A DNA stretch of 64,000 bases, taken from Anaerolineae bacterium (lineage in GTDB: Bacteria > Chloroflexota > Anaerolineae > UBA1429). The translations under genes were made by a program, and so were the position numbers. Of this stretch, positions 17,442 through 26,906 are shown piece after piece; the stretch's first letter is position 1; each line of letters starts with the position of its first letter. The stretch lies in NCBI GenBank assembly GCA_040767425.1, contig JAXGON010000006.1:54595-118594 (forward strand), read 5' to 3'. The notes under the pieces are model-generated. The model did no database searches and was not told the DNA's origin. It saw only the letters and a list, made by a program, of their open reading frames with translations.

Positions 17442-18514
17442 GGCACATCCTCCCAGTCGGTCTCTTCCAGGCGGCGTCGCAGCTGTTCGGGCACCTGGCC
17501 CGTCTCCGAGAGGCGCTGGATGGCGTCGTCGGCGTCTCGGAAGCGGATCGGCTCGACGCCAAAGGCCTCGGCTTTGTCCAAGGGGATGGCCTCAATGGCC
17601 TCATCCTCGACGGGGCTGACGAGCTCGGCCAAGTACGCCTGGGCGCCGTCCAGGTCATCGACCAGCTGCGCGCCGGATTGGGTCCACGCCTGGATCTGGG
17701 CCTGGTCGCCGCGGCGCCAAACGGCCATGGGCACCCGTCCCCGCGCTAGCGCATCGTGGCCGGGCCAGTCCTCGGGCCCCGAGGGCGGCTCGATCAGCAA
17801 CCCGACTCCCGTCAGCGCCGCGACGATCTCGCGCCTGGCCTGGGCGCGTAGGTCCGAGAGCTCGGCATCGGGGGCATAGGGGCTGAGCACCAGCAGGCGT
17901 CCCTCCCGGAGCGGTACCTGGAAGCTGGTCAGCGCGGCAGCAAAGCGCTCGATGCCCAAAGGGAGTACAAACACGGCCGACCCGCCGGCGGCCAACGAAG
18001 CATTCATGGTCAGTCGCTCGACCCCCTCTTCGTAGCCGCCCACCAAGGCGGCCTCGAGGGGAGCGGTCCCCTGTCCTAACGCTTGCGCCAGCGCCTGCGC
18101 GGCGCCACTGGGCGAGGGGGCGCCCGTGATCCAGACGGCGGGCTCTGCGAGGAGCTCCAGCTCGCCTCGGTAAAAGAGATAGTAGGGCTGGTGTGTGGCG
18201 TCCAGTCGCGCAGCGAGGCGGTGAGGATAGGCGGCATCCTGTCTCAGGATGACGTGTACATCCTGCTTGGCCAGGGAGACGAGGCGCTGTTCCCAAGATG
18301 CCACCCGTTCGGCCTTTGCTAGCATTCTGGCCAGGACCGCTGGCGCCAGATCGAGGTGCTCGGTCAGATCGTCCACGCTCAAGCCCATGAACTCGCGCAT
18401 GGATCGCGCGTCCTCCAGGCACCAGCGCTGGAGCACGCGCTTGGCCGCTTTGCGTGGGATATCGTCCGCCTCGAGGATCGCTAGCCAGCTTGCCGCTTCG
18501 GTATGGTCGGCCAC
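17438..18514 (-). CDS. divergent DprA/Smf (SLOG)-like protein
   Basis: AAGGGGAG RBS plus GTG; YPHRL, LFYRGELELL, GGYEEGVE, VLPLGI and LIEP follow the DprA layout. Confidence 0.75.
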   Translation of the reverse strand: MADHTEAASWLAILEADDIPRKAAKRVLQRWCLEDARSMREFMGLSVDDLTEHLDLAPAVLARMLAKAERVASWEQRLVSLAKQDVHVILRQDAAYPHRLAARLDATHQPYYLFYRGELELLAEPAVWITGAPSPSGAAQALAQALGQGTAPLEAALVGGYEEGVERLTMNASLAAGGSAVFVLPLGIERFAAALTSFQVPLREGRLLVLSPYAPDAELSDLRAQARREIVAALTGVGLLIEPPSGPEDWPGHDALARGRVPMAVWRRGDQAQIQAWTQSGAQLVDDLDGAQAYLAELVSPVEDEAIEAIPLDKAEAFGVEPIRFRDADDAIQRLSETGQVPEQLRRRLEETDWEDVP

Positions 18515-18619
18515 AGCTCCCCCTTGTCTCCGAACACCACTGATCATTCTAGGGGCAGAGATTTCCGTGTCAACGCGTTCGGCCGTCGGCGCTCGGGCAT
18601 GGCCTCGGCAGCCAGAAGG

Positions 18620-18628
18620 TGGTATACT
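18620..18628 (+). promoter_or_regulatory. extended -10 promoter of the five-gene catabolic operon
   Basis: TGgTATACT ~50 nt upstream of the SDR start. Confidence 0.5.
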
Positions 18629-18679
18629 CGCGAACGGTGGCTCTAAGGCATCACGGAGCATGATGGGAGGTTGGTTGGG

Positions 18680-19423
18680 ATGCAAATAGATCTGAGCGGC
18701 AAGGGCGCCGTGGTCACGGGCGGCGCAGGGGGGATCGGAGAGGCCTGCGCGCGGATGCTGGCCGATGCTGGTGCCCGCGTCGTCGTGCTGGATATCAACG
18801 CCGAGGGGGCGCAAAGAGTGGCAGAATCGCTGCCTGGCGGCCTGGCCATCGCATGCGACCTGGGGGACGAGGCCTCGGTCAGGGCTTCTTGCGCCGCGGC
18901 TGTTTCGGCGCTGGGCGGAGTCGATATCCTGATCAACAACGCTGGCATCATCTCGTACCGTCAGGGTGTGCGGGCCGTCAGCCCAGACGAATGGGACCAG
19001 GTGCTGGATGTGAACCTGCGCGGCACCTTTTTGATGTGCCGAGAGCTGATCGATAGCATGAAGGAGCGCGGCTGGGGCAAGGTGGTGAACTTTTCCTCGT
19101 TGGCGGCGCGCGTGGGCGGCATCGAGGTGGGCATTCACTATGCCGCCTCCAAGGCGGGGTTGCTCGGCCTCACGCGGACGCTGGCCAAGGAGGGGGCGCC
19201 GCACGGCATCACGGTGAATGCGGTGGCTCCTGGCGTCATCGCCACGGGGCCCGTGCTGCGCCAGGTGGCCGACCACGAGGACGCCTATCGGCAGACCATC
19301 CCCATGGGCAGGCTGGGGCAGCCCGAGGATGTGGCTAGGGTGGTGCTGTTCCTATCGTCGCCGCTCTCGGATTATGTGACGGGGATCGTGATCGACGTCA
19401 ACGGTGGCATGTACATGGGGTAG
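18680..19423 (+). CDS. SDR family NAD(P)-dependent oxidoreductase
   Basis: TGGAGGIG, NNAG and YAASK motifs. Confidence 0.95.
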   Translation: MQIDLSGKGAVVTGGAGGIGEACARMLADAGARVVVLDINAEGAQRVAESLPGGLAIACDLGDEASVRASCAAAVSALGGVDILINNAGIISYRQGVRAVSPDEWDQVLDVNLRGTFLMCRELIDSMKERGWGKVVNFSSLAARVGGIEVGIHYAASKAGLLGLTRTLAKEGAPHGITVNAVAPGVIATGPVLRQVADHEDAYRQTIPMGRLGQPEDVARVVLFLSSPLSDYVTGIVIDVNGGMYMG

Positions 19424-19427
19424 GGGT

Positions 19428-20474
19428 ATGAACAACGCAACGATTCGCGTGGACGCAGAGGCCCTGAGGACGTTCGTGTCCAACGTTCTGCAAGCGGTTA
19501 AAGTGCCAGCGGCCGACGCTGATATCGTGGCCGACTGTCTGCTCACGGCAAACCTGTCGGGCATCGATTCGCATGGTGTGATTCGACTGGCTCATTATGT
19601 TCGGAGGCTCGAGAACGGCACCATTCGCACGCAGCCGCAGATCGACGTGCAGCGCACGGCGCCCTCGGTGGCGGTGGTCGACGGGGGGCATGGCCTGGGA
19701 CACGTGGTGACCCACCGCGCCTGTACCGAAGGGATGGCCTTGGCTCGCGAGACGGGCAGCGCTATGGTGTCCGTTCGCAACTCGAGCCACTTTGGCATGA
19801 CGGGATTCTATATCCTGCGAATGGTGGCTGAAGGGTTCATCAGCATGATGATGACGGCCACCGACGCTTTTCTGATTCCGTTCGGGGCCCGCAAGCCGTT
19901 CCTGGGCACGAACCCCATCGCTTTCGGCTTTCCCACGCCAGGCATCCCGCTGGTGCTGGACATGGCGACTACATCCATCCCCTACGGCAAGGTGGCCTTG
20001 GCCAAGACGGAGGGGCGCGAGATCCCCTCAGACTGGGGCCTGGACGAGGATGGCAACCCCACCACGGATCCCAACCGCATCGTGGGCCTGCACCCGATCG
20101 CGGGGCCCAAAGGCAGCGGCCTGGCTATGGTGATCGATATCCTCTGCAGCGTGCTCTCTGGGATGCCGTTTGGCCCCCACATCAACAAGATGTATGGTGA
20201 GATGGACCAGCCACGTCGGCTGGGGCACTTTATCTGTGTTTGGGATGTGCGCCGCATCATGCCGTTGGAGCGATTCATCGAGCGGATGGGTGAGGTCACG
20301 ACAGAGTTCCACGCGCTGCCGCCTGCCGAGGGGTTCGATCGGGTCTACTATCCAGGCGAGCTCGAGGGGCTGCGCCGTGAGGAGCGTCGGCGGCAGGGCG
20401 TGCCGTTGGATCCTGGGTTGCGCGACGAGCTGATCGAGCTTGGAAAGCGATTTGATATCGACTTTCCTGCCTAA
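19428..20474 (+). CDS. Ldh_2 family 2-hydroxyacid dehydrogenase (AllD/ComC-like)
   Basis: DSHG, SHFG, GTNPIAF, DMATT, AGPKGSGLA and VYYPG motifs. Confidence 0.93.
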   Translation: MNNATIRVDAEALRTFVSNVLQAVKVPAADADIVADCLLTANLSGIDSHGVIRLAHYVRRLENGTIRTQPQIDVQRTAPSVAVVDGGHGLGHVVTHRACTEGMALARETGSAMVSVRNSSHFGMTGFYILRMVAEGFISMMMTATDAFLIPFGARKPFLGTNPIAFGFPTPGIPLVLDMATTSIPYGKVALAKTEGREIPSDWGLDEDGNPTTDPNRIVGLHPIAGPKGSGLAMVIDILCSVLSGMPFGPHINKMYGEMDQPRRLGHFICVWDVRRIMPLERFIERMGEVTTEFHALPPAEGFDRVYYPGELEGLRREERRRQGVPLDPGLRDELIELGKRFDIDFPA

Positions 20475-20491
20475 TGAGAGGAGTCTCTGGG

Positions 20492-21544
20492 ATGCAACGC
20501 ACCATGCGGGCGTTGGTCAAGACCGCCCCTGGCGTCGGCAACGTGGCCATTCGCGAGGTCCCCGTGCGGGAGCCCAAGCGCGACGAGATCCTGATCAAGA
20601 TCAAGTACTGCGGTGTGTGCGGAACTGATCTGCATATCTATGCCGACGAGTTCCCCAACGATCCTCCTGTCATCATGGGACACGAATACTGCGGCACCAT
20701 CGTTCAAGTGGGCAGCGAGGCGGCCGACCGGTGGGCCGTGGGTGATCGGGTGGTGGGCGAGCTGCACACGGGTGCCTGCGGCACCTGCGAGCTCTGCTTG
20801 GCGGGCAAGCCCCATATCTGTGATAGCAAGCTGGCACTGGGCAGCCGCTACGATGGCGCCTTTGCCGAGTACCTCACGCTGCCAGCCTGGCTGGCTCACC
20901 GCATCCCCGAGGGCGTTCCATGGGAGATCGCTGGCATCACCGAGCCGTTCGCCATCACGGCCCACTGCCTGCTAGAGCGCGGTGGCATCGAGGGCGCGCG
21001 GAACGTGCTCATCAGTGGATCGGGGACCATGGGCCTGCTGGCGACCATCTGGTGCAGCCGCTTGGGGATCGAGACGATCATCATCTCGGGCACTGACCAA
21101 GATGTCCCTCGACGGTTCCCGCTGGCCAAAGCTATGGGGGCGACGCATGTGGTGAACGTCCAGCGTGAGAGCGTGGACGATGTGGTTAGGGGGATCGTGG
21201 GAACGCGAGGGGTGGATGCCTGGATCGAGTGTTCTGGTTCGTCAGCCGCCATCGCCGCAGGTATCCGCCTGACGAAAAAGACGGGCACCTGCGTGCTGAT
21301 CGGCCTGGTGGGCCCCGAGACCATCGCGGTCCCCTGGAATCAGATGCTCTACAAGGAGCTGGACCTGTTCGGATGCTTTAGCTCGCCGCCCAGCAGTTGG
21401 GAAAAGGCCTTGGCTGCAGAGCGCGAAGAGGCGCCCAAACTAGCCCAGTTGGTGCAGGTGCAGCCTCTTGACCGATGGGAACAGGCTTTTGACCAGTTGC
21501 GCCGTGGCGAGGTGGTCAAGACATTGCTCGACATGGAGGCCTAG
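20492..21544 (+). CDS. Zn-dependent medium-chain dehydrogenase (sorbitol/threonine DH-like)
   Basis: CGTDLH, GHE, structural Zn CxxCxxC...C and GSGTMG motifs. Confidence 0.93.
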   Translation: MQRTMRALVKTAPGVGNVAIREVPVREPKRDEILIKIKYCGVCGTDLHIYADEFPNDPPVIMGHEYCGTIVQVGSEAADRWAVGDRVVGELHTGACGTCELCLAGKPHICDSKLALGSRYDGAFAEYLTLPAWLAHRIPEGVPWEIAGITEPFAITAHCLLERGGIEGARNVLISGSGTMGLLATIWCSRLGIETIIISGTDQDVPRRFPLAKAMGATHVVNVQRESVDDVVRGIVGTRGVDAWIECSGSSAAIAAGIRLTKKTGTCVLIGLVGPETIAVPWNQMLYKELDLFGCFSSPPSSWEKALAAEREEAPKLAQLVQVQPLDRWEQAFDQLRRGEVVKTLLDMEA

Positions 21545-21997
21545 ATGTTCACTCGCATGGACCACGTCGCCATGAGCGTTCGCGACATGGAGGGCGCCAT
21601 CGCGTTCTACGAGGACGTGGTGGGCATGGAAAAGGTGTTCGATCGCACCTTTGACGAGCCCATGGCGCGGTTGATCGGCGTGCCTGGGACGGTGGTGCGG
21701 ATCGTGCACATGCGGTTTCATGACACTGTGCTGGAGCTGTTTCACTACGAGTACCCGCAGGGCCGTGAGCCGCGCCCCGATGCGTTGCAGAGCGACCTGG
21801 GTCTGATCCATATCGGCTTTATGGTGGAGGATTTCCACGGCACTTACCAGAATCTGGTCGATCGCGGGATCAGCTTTTTGGGCGAGCCCGTGGAGATTCG
21901 GCCAGGCGTGTGGGTGGCCTATTTCCGTGGCGTCGAATACGAGGTGTGCGAGATTCGCGAGATTCAGGCCCAGCCGACTGCATCGATTTCTCGATAG
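21545..21997 (+). CDS. VOC (glyoxalase/epimerase) family protein
   Basis: DHVA, LELF, IHIGF and CEIRE give H-E-H-E metal ligands. Confidence 0.88.
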   Translation: MFTRMDHVAMSVRDMEGAIAFYEDVVGMEKVFDRTFDEPMARLIGVPGTVVRIVHMRFHDTVLELFHYEYPQGREPRPDALQSDLGLIHIGFMVEDFHGTYQNLVDRGISFLGEPVEIRPGVWVAYFRGVEYEVCEIREIQAQPTASISR

Positions 21998-22029
21998 CGG
22001 GCAACGGCAACAGAAACGAGAGGTATCTC

Positions 22030-24207
22030 ATGCCTAGACTGGTCGAACGGGCGCTGACTGCCCGCTGCCAAAGCTTTGAGGCGACGCCAGATGATCTGGC
22101 GCGTATCCCCAAGCGGGACCTGGCCCGTATGCTCATGCTCCTCTATCTGGTGCGCGAGTTCGAGACGACGGTGCTGGATCTGAAAGAGCGCGATCTGGTG
22201 CACGGTCCCGCTCACACCAGCGTCGGGCAAGAGGCGATCGCAGCGGCGACGGCTACCGTCCTTCGCAAGAGCGATATGGTGGGCTCCACCCATCGCGCCC
22301 ATGGGCACTTTTGCTCCAAGGCCGTGCTCTACTATGCGCCCGATGCCTATGACCCCCTGAGCGACCCCTTTACCGACGACATGCAGCGGGCCGTCACCAA
22401 GACCCTGGCTGAGATCATGGGGCTGCGCGAGGGCTGGTGCGGTGGACGCGGCGGTTCCATGCACCTGTACGATGGTCGCTCGGGCAACCTGGGCAGCAAC
22501 GCCATCGTGGGCGGCGGCATCCCGCTGGCCACGGGCGCGGCCTGGGCCGAGAGGCTCCGCCAGCGCGATACGGTGGTGGTCTCGTTCTTTGGCGACGGAG
22601 CCATCAACCAGGGATGCTTCCACGAGGTTGCCAACATGGCGCGGCTATGGGACGTGCCGATCCTCTACTTTGTGGAGAACAACCGCTATGCCGTCGGCAC
22701 CAGCACCAAGGAGGCCTCCTGCCTGGAGGACCTCGGGCTGCGCAGCCTGAGCTATTGTATTCCTAGCTATATCGTCGATGGGATGGACCCCGTGGCGCTC
22801 TACTGGGCGATGCAGGACGTGACCGCGCGCATGCGCCAGGAGCCTGGCCCATTTTTCATCGAGGCCAAGACGTGGCGGCACTATCATCACGCGGGGCGCA
22901 TCCCTGGTAGCGCCTATGGCTATCGCACCAAAGCAGATGAGGCTGCGTGGTGGGAGCGTGACCCGCTGGCGCGCCTGCCGCGTGCGGCCATCGAGGCAGG
23001 GCTGCTCACCGAGCAGGAGGATGCTCGAATCCGCGAGGCGGCCGTCGCAGCGGTGGAGGTGGCTCGGCGGGCCTGTACAGTGGAAGCGGGCGATGTATGG
23101 AGCATCCCCGCGTCGGCTTGGCCCGATCCGTCCACCGTGGAGCAGGATGTGCGTGGCGCCGATACCTTGCCAGAGAGCGCGCGCGTGCTCGAGCGTGAGG
23201 CGATGGGGGCGTCGCGCACCGTCAGCTATGTCGAGGCCATCGCCGCTGTCACCGGTCGCGCCATGGAGCGAGACGAACGCGTGATCGTGCTGGGCGAAGA
23301 GGTGGCCAATCTGGGCGGCGGCGCTTACCAGGCCACCAAAGGCCTGGCGGAGGTCTTTCCTGGCCGAGTGATCAACACGCCGATCTCGGAAGCGGGCTTT
23401 GTGGGGATGGCTGGCGGCGCCGCCTCGGTCGGCCTGCGCCCCGTCGTCGAGATCATGTTTCCAGATTTTGCTCTCGTGGCCGCTGATCAGCTGTTCAACC
23501 AGATCGGCAAGCTGCGACATATGTATGGCGGGCGGGTGTCTTTTCCGCTGGTGCTGCGCACCCGCGTGGCTATCGGCTTTGGCTATGGCGGGCAGCATTC
23601 TTCGGATCCTGCGGCGCTGTTCGCCTTGTTCGCGGGATGGCGGGTTGTGGCTCCGTCCACGGCCTTTGACTATGTGGGGCTGTTCAATACCGCCATGCAT
23701 CTGGATGACCCCGTGCTGGTGCTGGAGCATGGGCAGTTGTACGCGCTCAAGTCCGAGATCCCCGTCGACGATCTCGACTACTATATCCCCTACGGCAGCG
23801 CCAAGGTGGTGCGCCCTGGCAAGGACGTGACGGTGCTGACCTACCTCACGGGCGTGCAGGATTGCGTTACCGCGGCAGAGGCGCTGGCCGCCGAGGGCCT
23901 GGAGGCCGAGGTGATCGACCTGCGCACGTTGGATTTCGGCGGCATGGACTGGGCGCTTATCGGCGCATCGGTAGCCAAGACGGGCAGCGTGTTGGTGGTG
24001 GAGCAGAACCCCCGCAGCATGTGCCTGGGAGACCGCATCGCGGGCGAGATCCAGCGGCGGTTCTTTGATGAGCTGGACTGCCCCGTGGCGACGGTCTCGG
24101 CGCCCGACGCACCCTATCCCGTGTCCAGGGCGCTCGAAACGGGCATGATTCCCTCAGTGGAGCGCATCCAGGATGCGATGGACCAGAGCGCCCGCCACCT
24201 GACCTAG
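22030..24207 (+). CDS. fused alpha/beta E1 subunit of a TPP-dependent 2-oxoacid/acetoin dehydrogenase
   Basis: HTSVGQEA, GDGAINQG...N TPP motif; beta half with NTPISE, GGQHS and VIDLRTL. Confidence 0.93.
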   Translation: MPRLVERALTARCQSFEATPDDLARIPKRDLARMLMLLYLVREFETTVLDLKERDLVHGPAHTSVGQEAIAAATATVLRKSDMVGSTHRAHGHFCSKAVLYYAPDAYDPLSDPFTDDMQRAVTKTLAEIMGLREGWCGGRGGSMHLYDGRSGNLGSNAIVGGGIPLATGAAWAERLRQRDTVVVSFFGDGAINQGCFHEVANMARLWDVPILYFVENNRYAVGTSTKEASCLEDLGLRSLSYCIPSYIVDGMDPVALYWAMQDVTARMRQEPGPFFIEAKTWRHYHHAGRIPGSAYGYRTKADEAAWWERDPLARLPRAAIEAGLLTEQEDARIREAAVAAVEVARRACTVEAGDVWSIPASAWPDPSTVEQDVRGADTLPESARVLEREAMGASRTVSYVEAIAAVTGRAMERDERVIVLGEEVANLGGGAYQATKGLAEVFPGRVINTPISEAGFVGMAGGAASVGLRPVVEIMFPDFALVAADQLFNQIGKLRHMYGGRVSFPLVLRTRVAIGFGYGGQHSSDPAALFALFAGWRVVAPSTAFDYVGLFNTAMHLDDPVLVLEHGQLYALKSEIPVDDLDYYIPYGSAKVVRPGKDVTVLTYLTGVQDCVTAAEALAAEGLEAEVIDLRTLDFGGMDWALIGASVAKTGSVLVVEQNPRSMCLGDRIAGEIQRRFFDELDCPVATVSAPDAPYPVSRALETGMIPSVERIQDAMDQSARHLT

Positions 24208-24235
24208 GGGAGCGCACCAGGCCAGAGCCGCCGCT

Positions 24236-24264
24236 TTGACAGGGGAGCGGGTCACGCTTATAAT
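24236..24264 (+). promoter_or_regulatory. perfect-consensus promoter of the rplU operon
   Basis: TTGACA-N17-TATAAT. Confidence 0.9.
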
Positions 24265-24339
24265 GGCTCTTTGGCAGGGTCAAGGGGCGCGTGTGACGGC
24301 CCTCTGGAGATCCCCGTGTTGTAGCGTCGGAGGTGGCGT

Positions 24340-24654
24340 GTGTACGCTGTGATCGAGACCGGCGGCCGGCAGTATCGCGTGGCCGTTGGAGATACCATTG
24401 ACGTAGAGCTGCTCGATGCCCAGGTGGGCGATAGCCTGGATATCGAAAAGGTGCTTCTGGTTTCGGACGACGAGGCTGTGCGGGTGGGGCAGCCGCTGAT
24501 CGAGGGTGCTTGTGTCCGCGCGACGGTGCTCGAGCATGGCAAGGGCCCCAAGGTGGTTGCCTTCAAGTATCGCCCCAAGCAGCGCTATCGGCGGACGCTG
24601 GGGCATCGGCAGCCGTACACTCGTCTGCGCATCGATACGATTGTGGCGGCCTGA
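24340..24654 (+). CDS. rplU: 50S ribosomal protein L21
   Basis: [12 protein letters not shown]...[11 protein letters not shown]. Confidence 0.98.
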   Translation: MYAVIETGGRQYRVAVGDTIDVELLDAQVGDSLDIEKVLLVSDDEAVRVGQPLIEGACVRATVLEHGKGPKVVAFKYRPKQRYRRTLGHRQPYTRLRIDTIVAA

Positions 24655-24677
24655 GCGCTTTTCTAGGAGCTGGTAGC

Positions 24678-24947
24678 ATGGCACACAAAAAGGGCGGCGG
24701 CAGTACCGCCAACAACAGGGACAGCGCCGGAAAAAGGTTGGGCGTCAAACGCTTTGATGGCGAGGCCGTTAGCGCCGGGTCCATCATCGTTCGGCAGCGC
24801 GGCACGCGCATTCATCCCGGAACCAACGTGGGTGTCGGCCGCGACTTTACCTTGTTCGCTACCGTTGACGGCTATGTCAAGTTCGAGTGGCACCGCCGCG
24901 GCAAAAAGCGCGTCTCGGTGTATCCGGAAAAGGTGGTGGTAGCGTGA
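24678..24947 (+). CDS. rpmA: 50S ribosomal protein L27
   Basis: [29 protein letters not shown]. Confidence 0.98.
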   Translation: MAHKKGGGSTANNRDSAGKRLGVKRFDGEAVSAGSIIVRQRGTRIHPGTNVGVGRDFTLFATVDGYVKFEWHRRGKKRVSVYPEKVVVA

Positions 24948-25297
24948 AAAAAGGCATTCACCCCACCTGGTATCCCGAGGCCAAGGTCGCATGCGCCTGC
25001 GGCAACACCTGGACGACCGGCTCCACTGTGGAAGAGATTCGCGTTGACGTCTGCAGCCAGTGTCATCCCTACTTTACCGGGCAGCAGCGTATCGTCGATA
25101 CGGCTGGCCAGGTGGAGCGCTTTACGCGCAAGGTAGAGACGGCCGAAAAGCTTCGCGCCGAGGCCCAGGCGCGCGACAAGGCCCGCCGCGAGCGTGCCAA
25201 AGCCCGCCAACTGGTCGAGCTGGTTGACGAGGACGAAGAAGTCTCCTCGCTCGAGGGCCTTCTGGACGGGCAGGACGAGGGTGACACCGAGGCGTAG
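24944..25297 (+). CDS. rpmE: 50S ribosomal protein L31, Zn-binding form, with C-terminal extension
   Basis: GTG start; [20 protein letters not shown] and DTAGQVERF. Confidence 0.97.
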   Translation: MKKGIHPTWYPEAKVACACGNTWTTGSTVEEIRVDVCSQCHPYFTGQQRIVDTAGQVERFTRKVETAEKLRAEAQARDKARRERAKARQLVELVDEDEEVSSLEGLLDGQDEGDTEA

Positions 25298-25375
25298 GTC
25301 GCGGCTTTTACTCGCACGTGCGGGGCAGAGTGGCGACACTCTGCCCTTTTTGCCATCAAGGGGCGGGGGGATCGG

Positions 25376-25951
25376 ATGAGCTTCTATTGGTACAATGGCG
25401 GCTGGATCGAGGTGATCTGTGGGTGCATGTTCAGCGGCAAGAGCGAGGAGCTGATCCGGCGCGTCAAGCGCGCCGAGATCGCCCGTCAGCGCATCCAGGT
25501 CTTTCAGCATGGCATCGATCAACGCTATGGCGACCACAAGGTGGCGTCTCATTCGGGGGCATCGCTGGACGCGGTGACGGTTGGCACGGCCAGCGAGGTG
25601 CTCCACGCGGTGGCGGCCGACACCGAGGTGGTGGCGATCGATGAGGTGCAGTTCTTTGACGAGGCGATCGCTGACGTGGCCGAGACCCTGGCCGATCGTG
25701 GGTTGCGGGTTATCGTGGCTGGGCTGGACCTCGATTTCCGCGGCCAGCCCTTTGCTGCTGTGCCGACCCTCATGGCGCGGGCCGAGTTCGTCACCAAGCT
25801 ACAAGCGATCTGTATGCGGTGTGGGGCGCCGGCGACGCGCACCCAGCGGTTGATCAACGGCCAGCCAGCCCGTTTCGAGGATCCGATCATCCTGGTGGGG
25901 GCCAGCGAGGTCTATGAGGCCCGTTGCCGCAAGTGCCATGAGGTCGCGTAA
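25376..25951 (+). CDS. tdk: thymidine kinase
   Basis: [25 protein letters not shown] and YEARCRKC. Confidence 0.97.
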   Translation: MSFYWYNGGWIEVICGCMFSGKSEELIRRVKRAEIARQRIQVFQHGIDQRYGDHKVASHSGASLDAVTVGTASEVLHAVAADTEVVAIDEVQFFDEAIADVAETLADRGLRVIVAGLDLDFRGQPFAAVPTLMARAEFVTKLQAICMRCGAPATRTQRLINGQPARFEDPIILVGASEVYEARCRKCHEVA

Positions 25952-25961
25952 AAGGAGCGCT

Positions 25962-26906
25962 ATGCCCAGTTTCAACTATGGCGGGCAGGCCGTCCTCGAA
26001 GGCGTCATGATGCGCGGCGAGCATGACTGGGCGGTGGCCGTTCGCGATCCCGAGGGCAAGATCGTGGTTCGGCGCGAGCCGCTGACCGCCGCCGTCTACC
26101 GTAGCCGTCTGCTCAAGCTGCCGTTTGTGCGCGGCCTCTCCTCACTGTGGGACTCGCTGGGCCTGGGCCTGAGCGCGCTGCTCTGGTCGGCTGACGTCTC
26201 GCTCGAGGAGGAAGGGGAGAGCCTCAGCGGGCCGGTTGCGTGGGGTACCATGGCGGTGTCGCTGGCTATGGGTCTGGGGCTGTTCATGCTGCTCCCCGCC
26301 TTTCTTTCTGGTCTGGCAGACGAGCATATCGCTTCCGACTTGATGAGCAATCTGCTGGAGGGGGGGATCCGTCTGGCCTTGCTGGTGGGCTATATGGCCG
26401 TCATCGGCAGGATGCCCGAGATCAGGCGGGTCTTTGCCTACCATGGCGCCGAGCACAAGACCATCAACGCCTACGAGGCTGGTGCCGATCTGACGCCCGA
26501 CGCGGTCAAGGCCTATCCGCGCGCGCATACCCGTTGCGGCACCGGCTTCCTGTTGGGCGTGGTGGTGATCATGGTGTTGCTGACGACGCTGTTGGGGCGC
26601 CCCCCGCTGCTCGTCAGGCTGGCCACGCGGCTGCTGCTGATCCCCGTGGTGGCGGGCATCGCCTATGAGCTGCTCAAGCTGGGGGCTCGGCTCTATGACC
26701 GGAGCGCCCTGGTGCGCGTGCTCACGGCGCCGGGCCTGGCCCTCCAACGGCTTACCACGCGAGAGCCCGACGAGCCGATGCTCGAGGTCGCCATCACCGC
26801 CTTGAAGGCTGTGTTGGTGTCCGAGGGGCTGTTGACTGAGGAAGAGACTGAGCTCCAGGCTGTCGCCCAACTCGAGGCCGCCCCTGTCCTTGCAAAGGAG
26901 TGCTAG
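25962..26906 (+). CDS. DUF1385 (YqhQ-like) membrane protein
   Basis: GGQAVLEGVMM, YHGAEHKTI, HTRCGTGF and TTREP. Confidence 0.93.
   Translation: MPSFNYGGQAVLEGVMMRGEHDWAVAVRDPEGKIVVRREPLTAAVYRSRLLKLPFVRGLSSLWDSLGLGLSALLWSADVSLEEEGESLSGPVAWGTMAVSLAMGLGLFMLLPAFLSGLADEHIASDLMSNLLEGGIRLALLVGYMAVIGRMPEIRRVFAYHGAEHKTINAYEAGADLTPDAVKAYPRAHTRCGTGFLLGVVVIMVLLTTLLGRPPLLVRLATRLLLIPVVAGIAYELLKLGARLYDRSALVRVLTAPGLALQRLTTREPDEPMLEVAITALKAVLVSEGLLTEEETELQAVAQLEAAPVLAKEC

Noticed and set aside
22645-23730. 361-aa minus-strand ORF
   Set aside because: Antisense shadow of the E1 fusion.
24654-24680. No ysxB/prp protease gene between rplU and rpmA
   Set aside because: Expected: this L27 starts at MAHKK and has no cleavable N-terminal extension.
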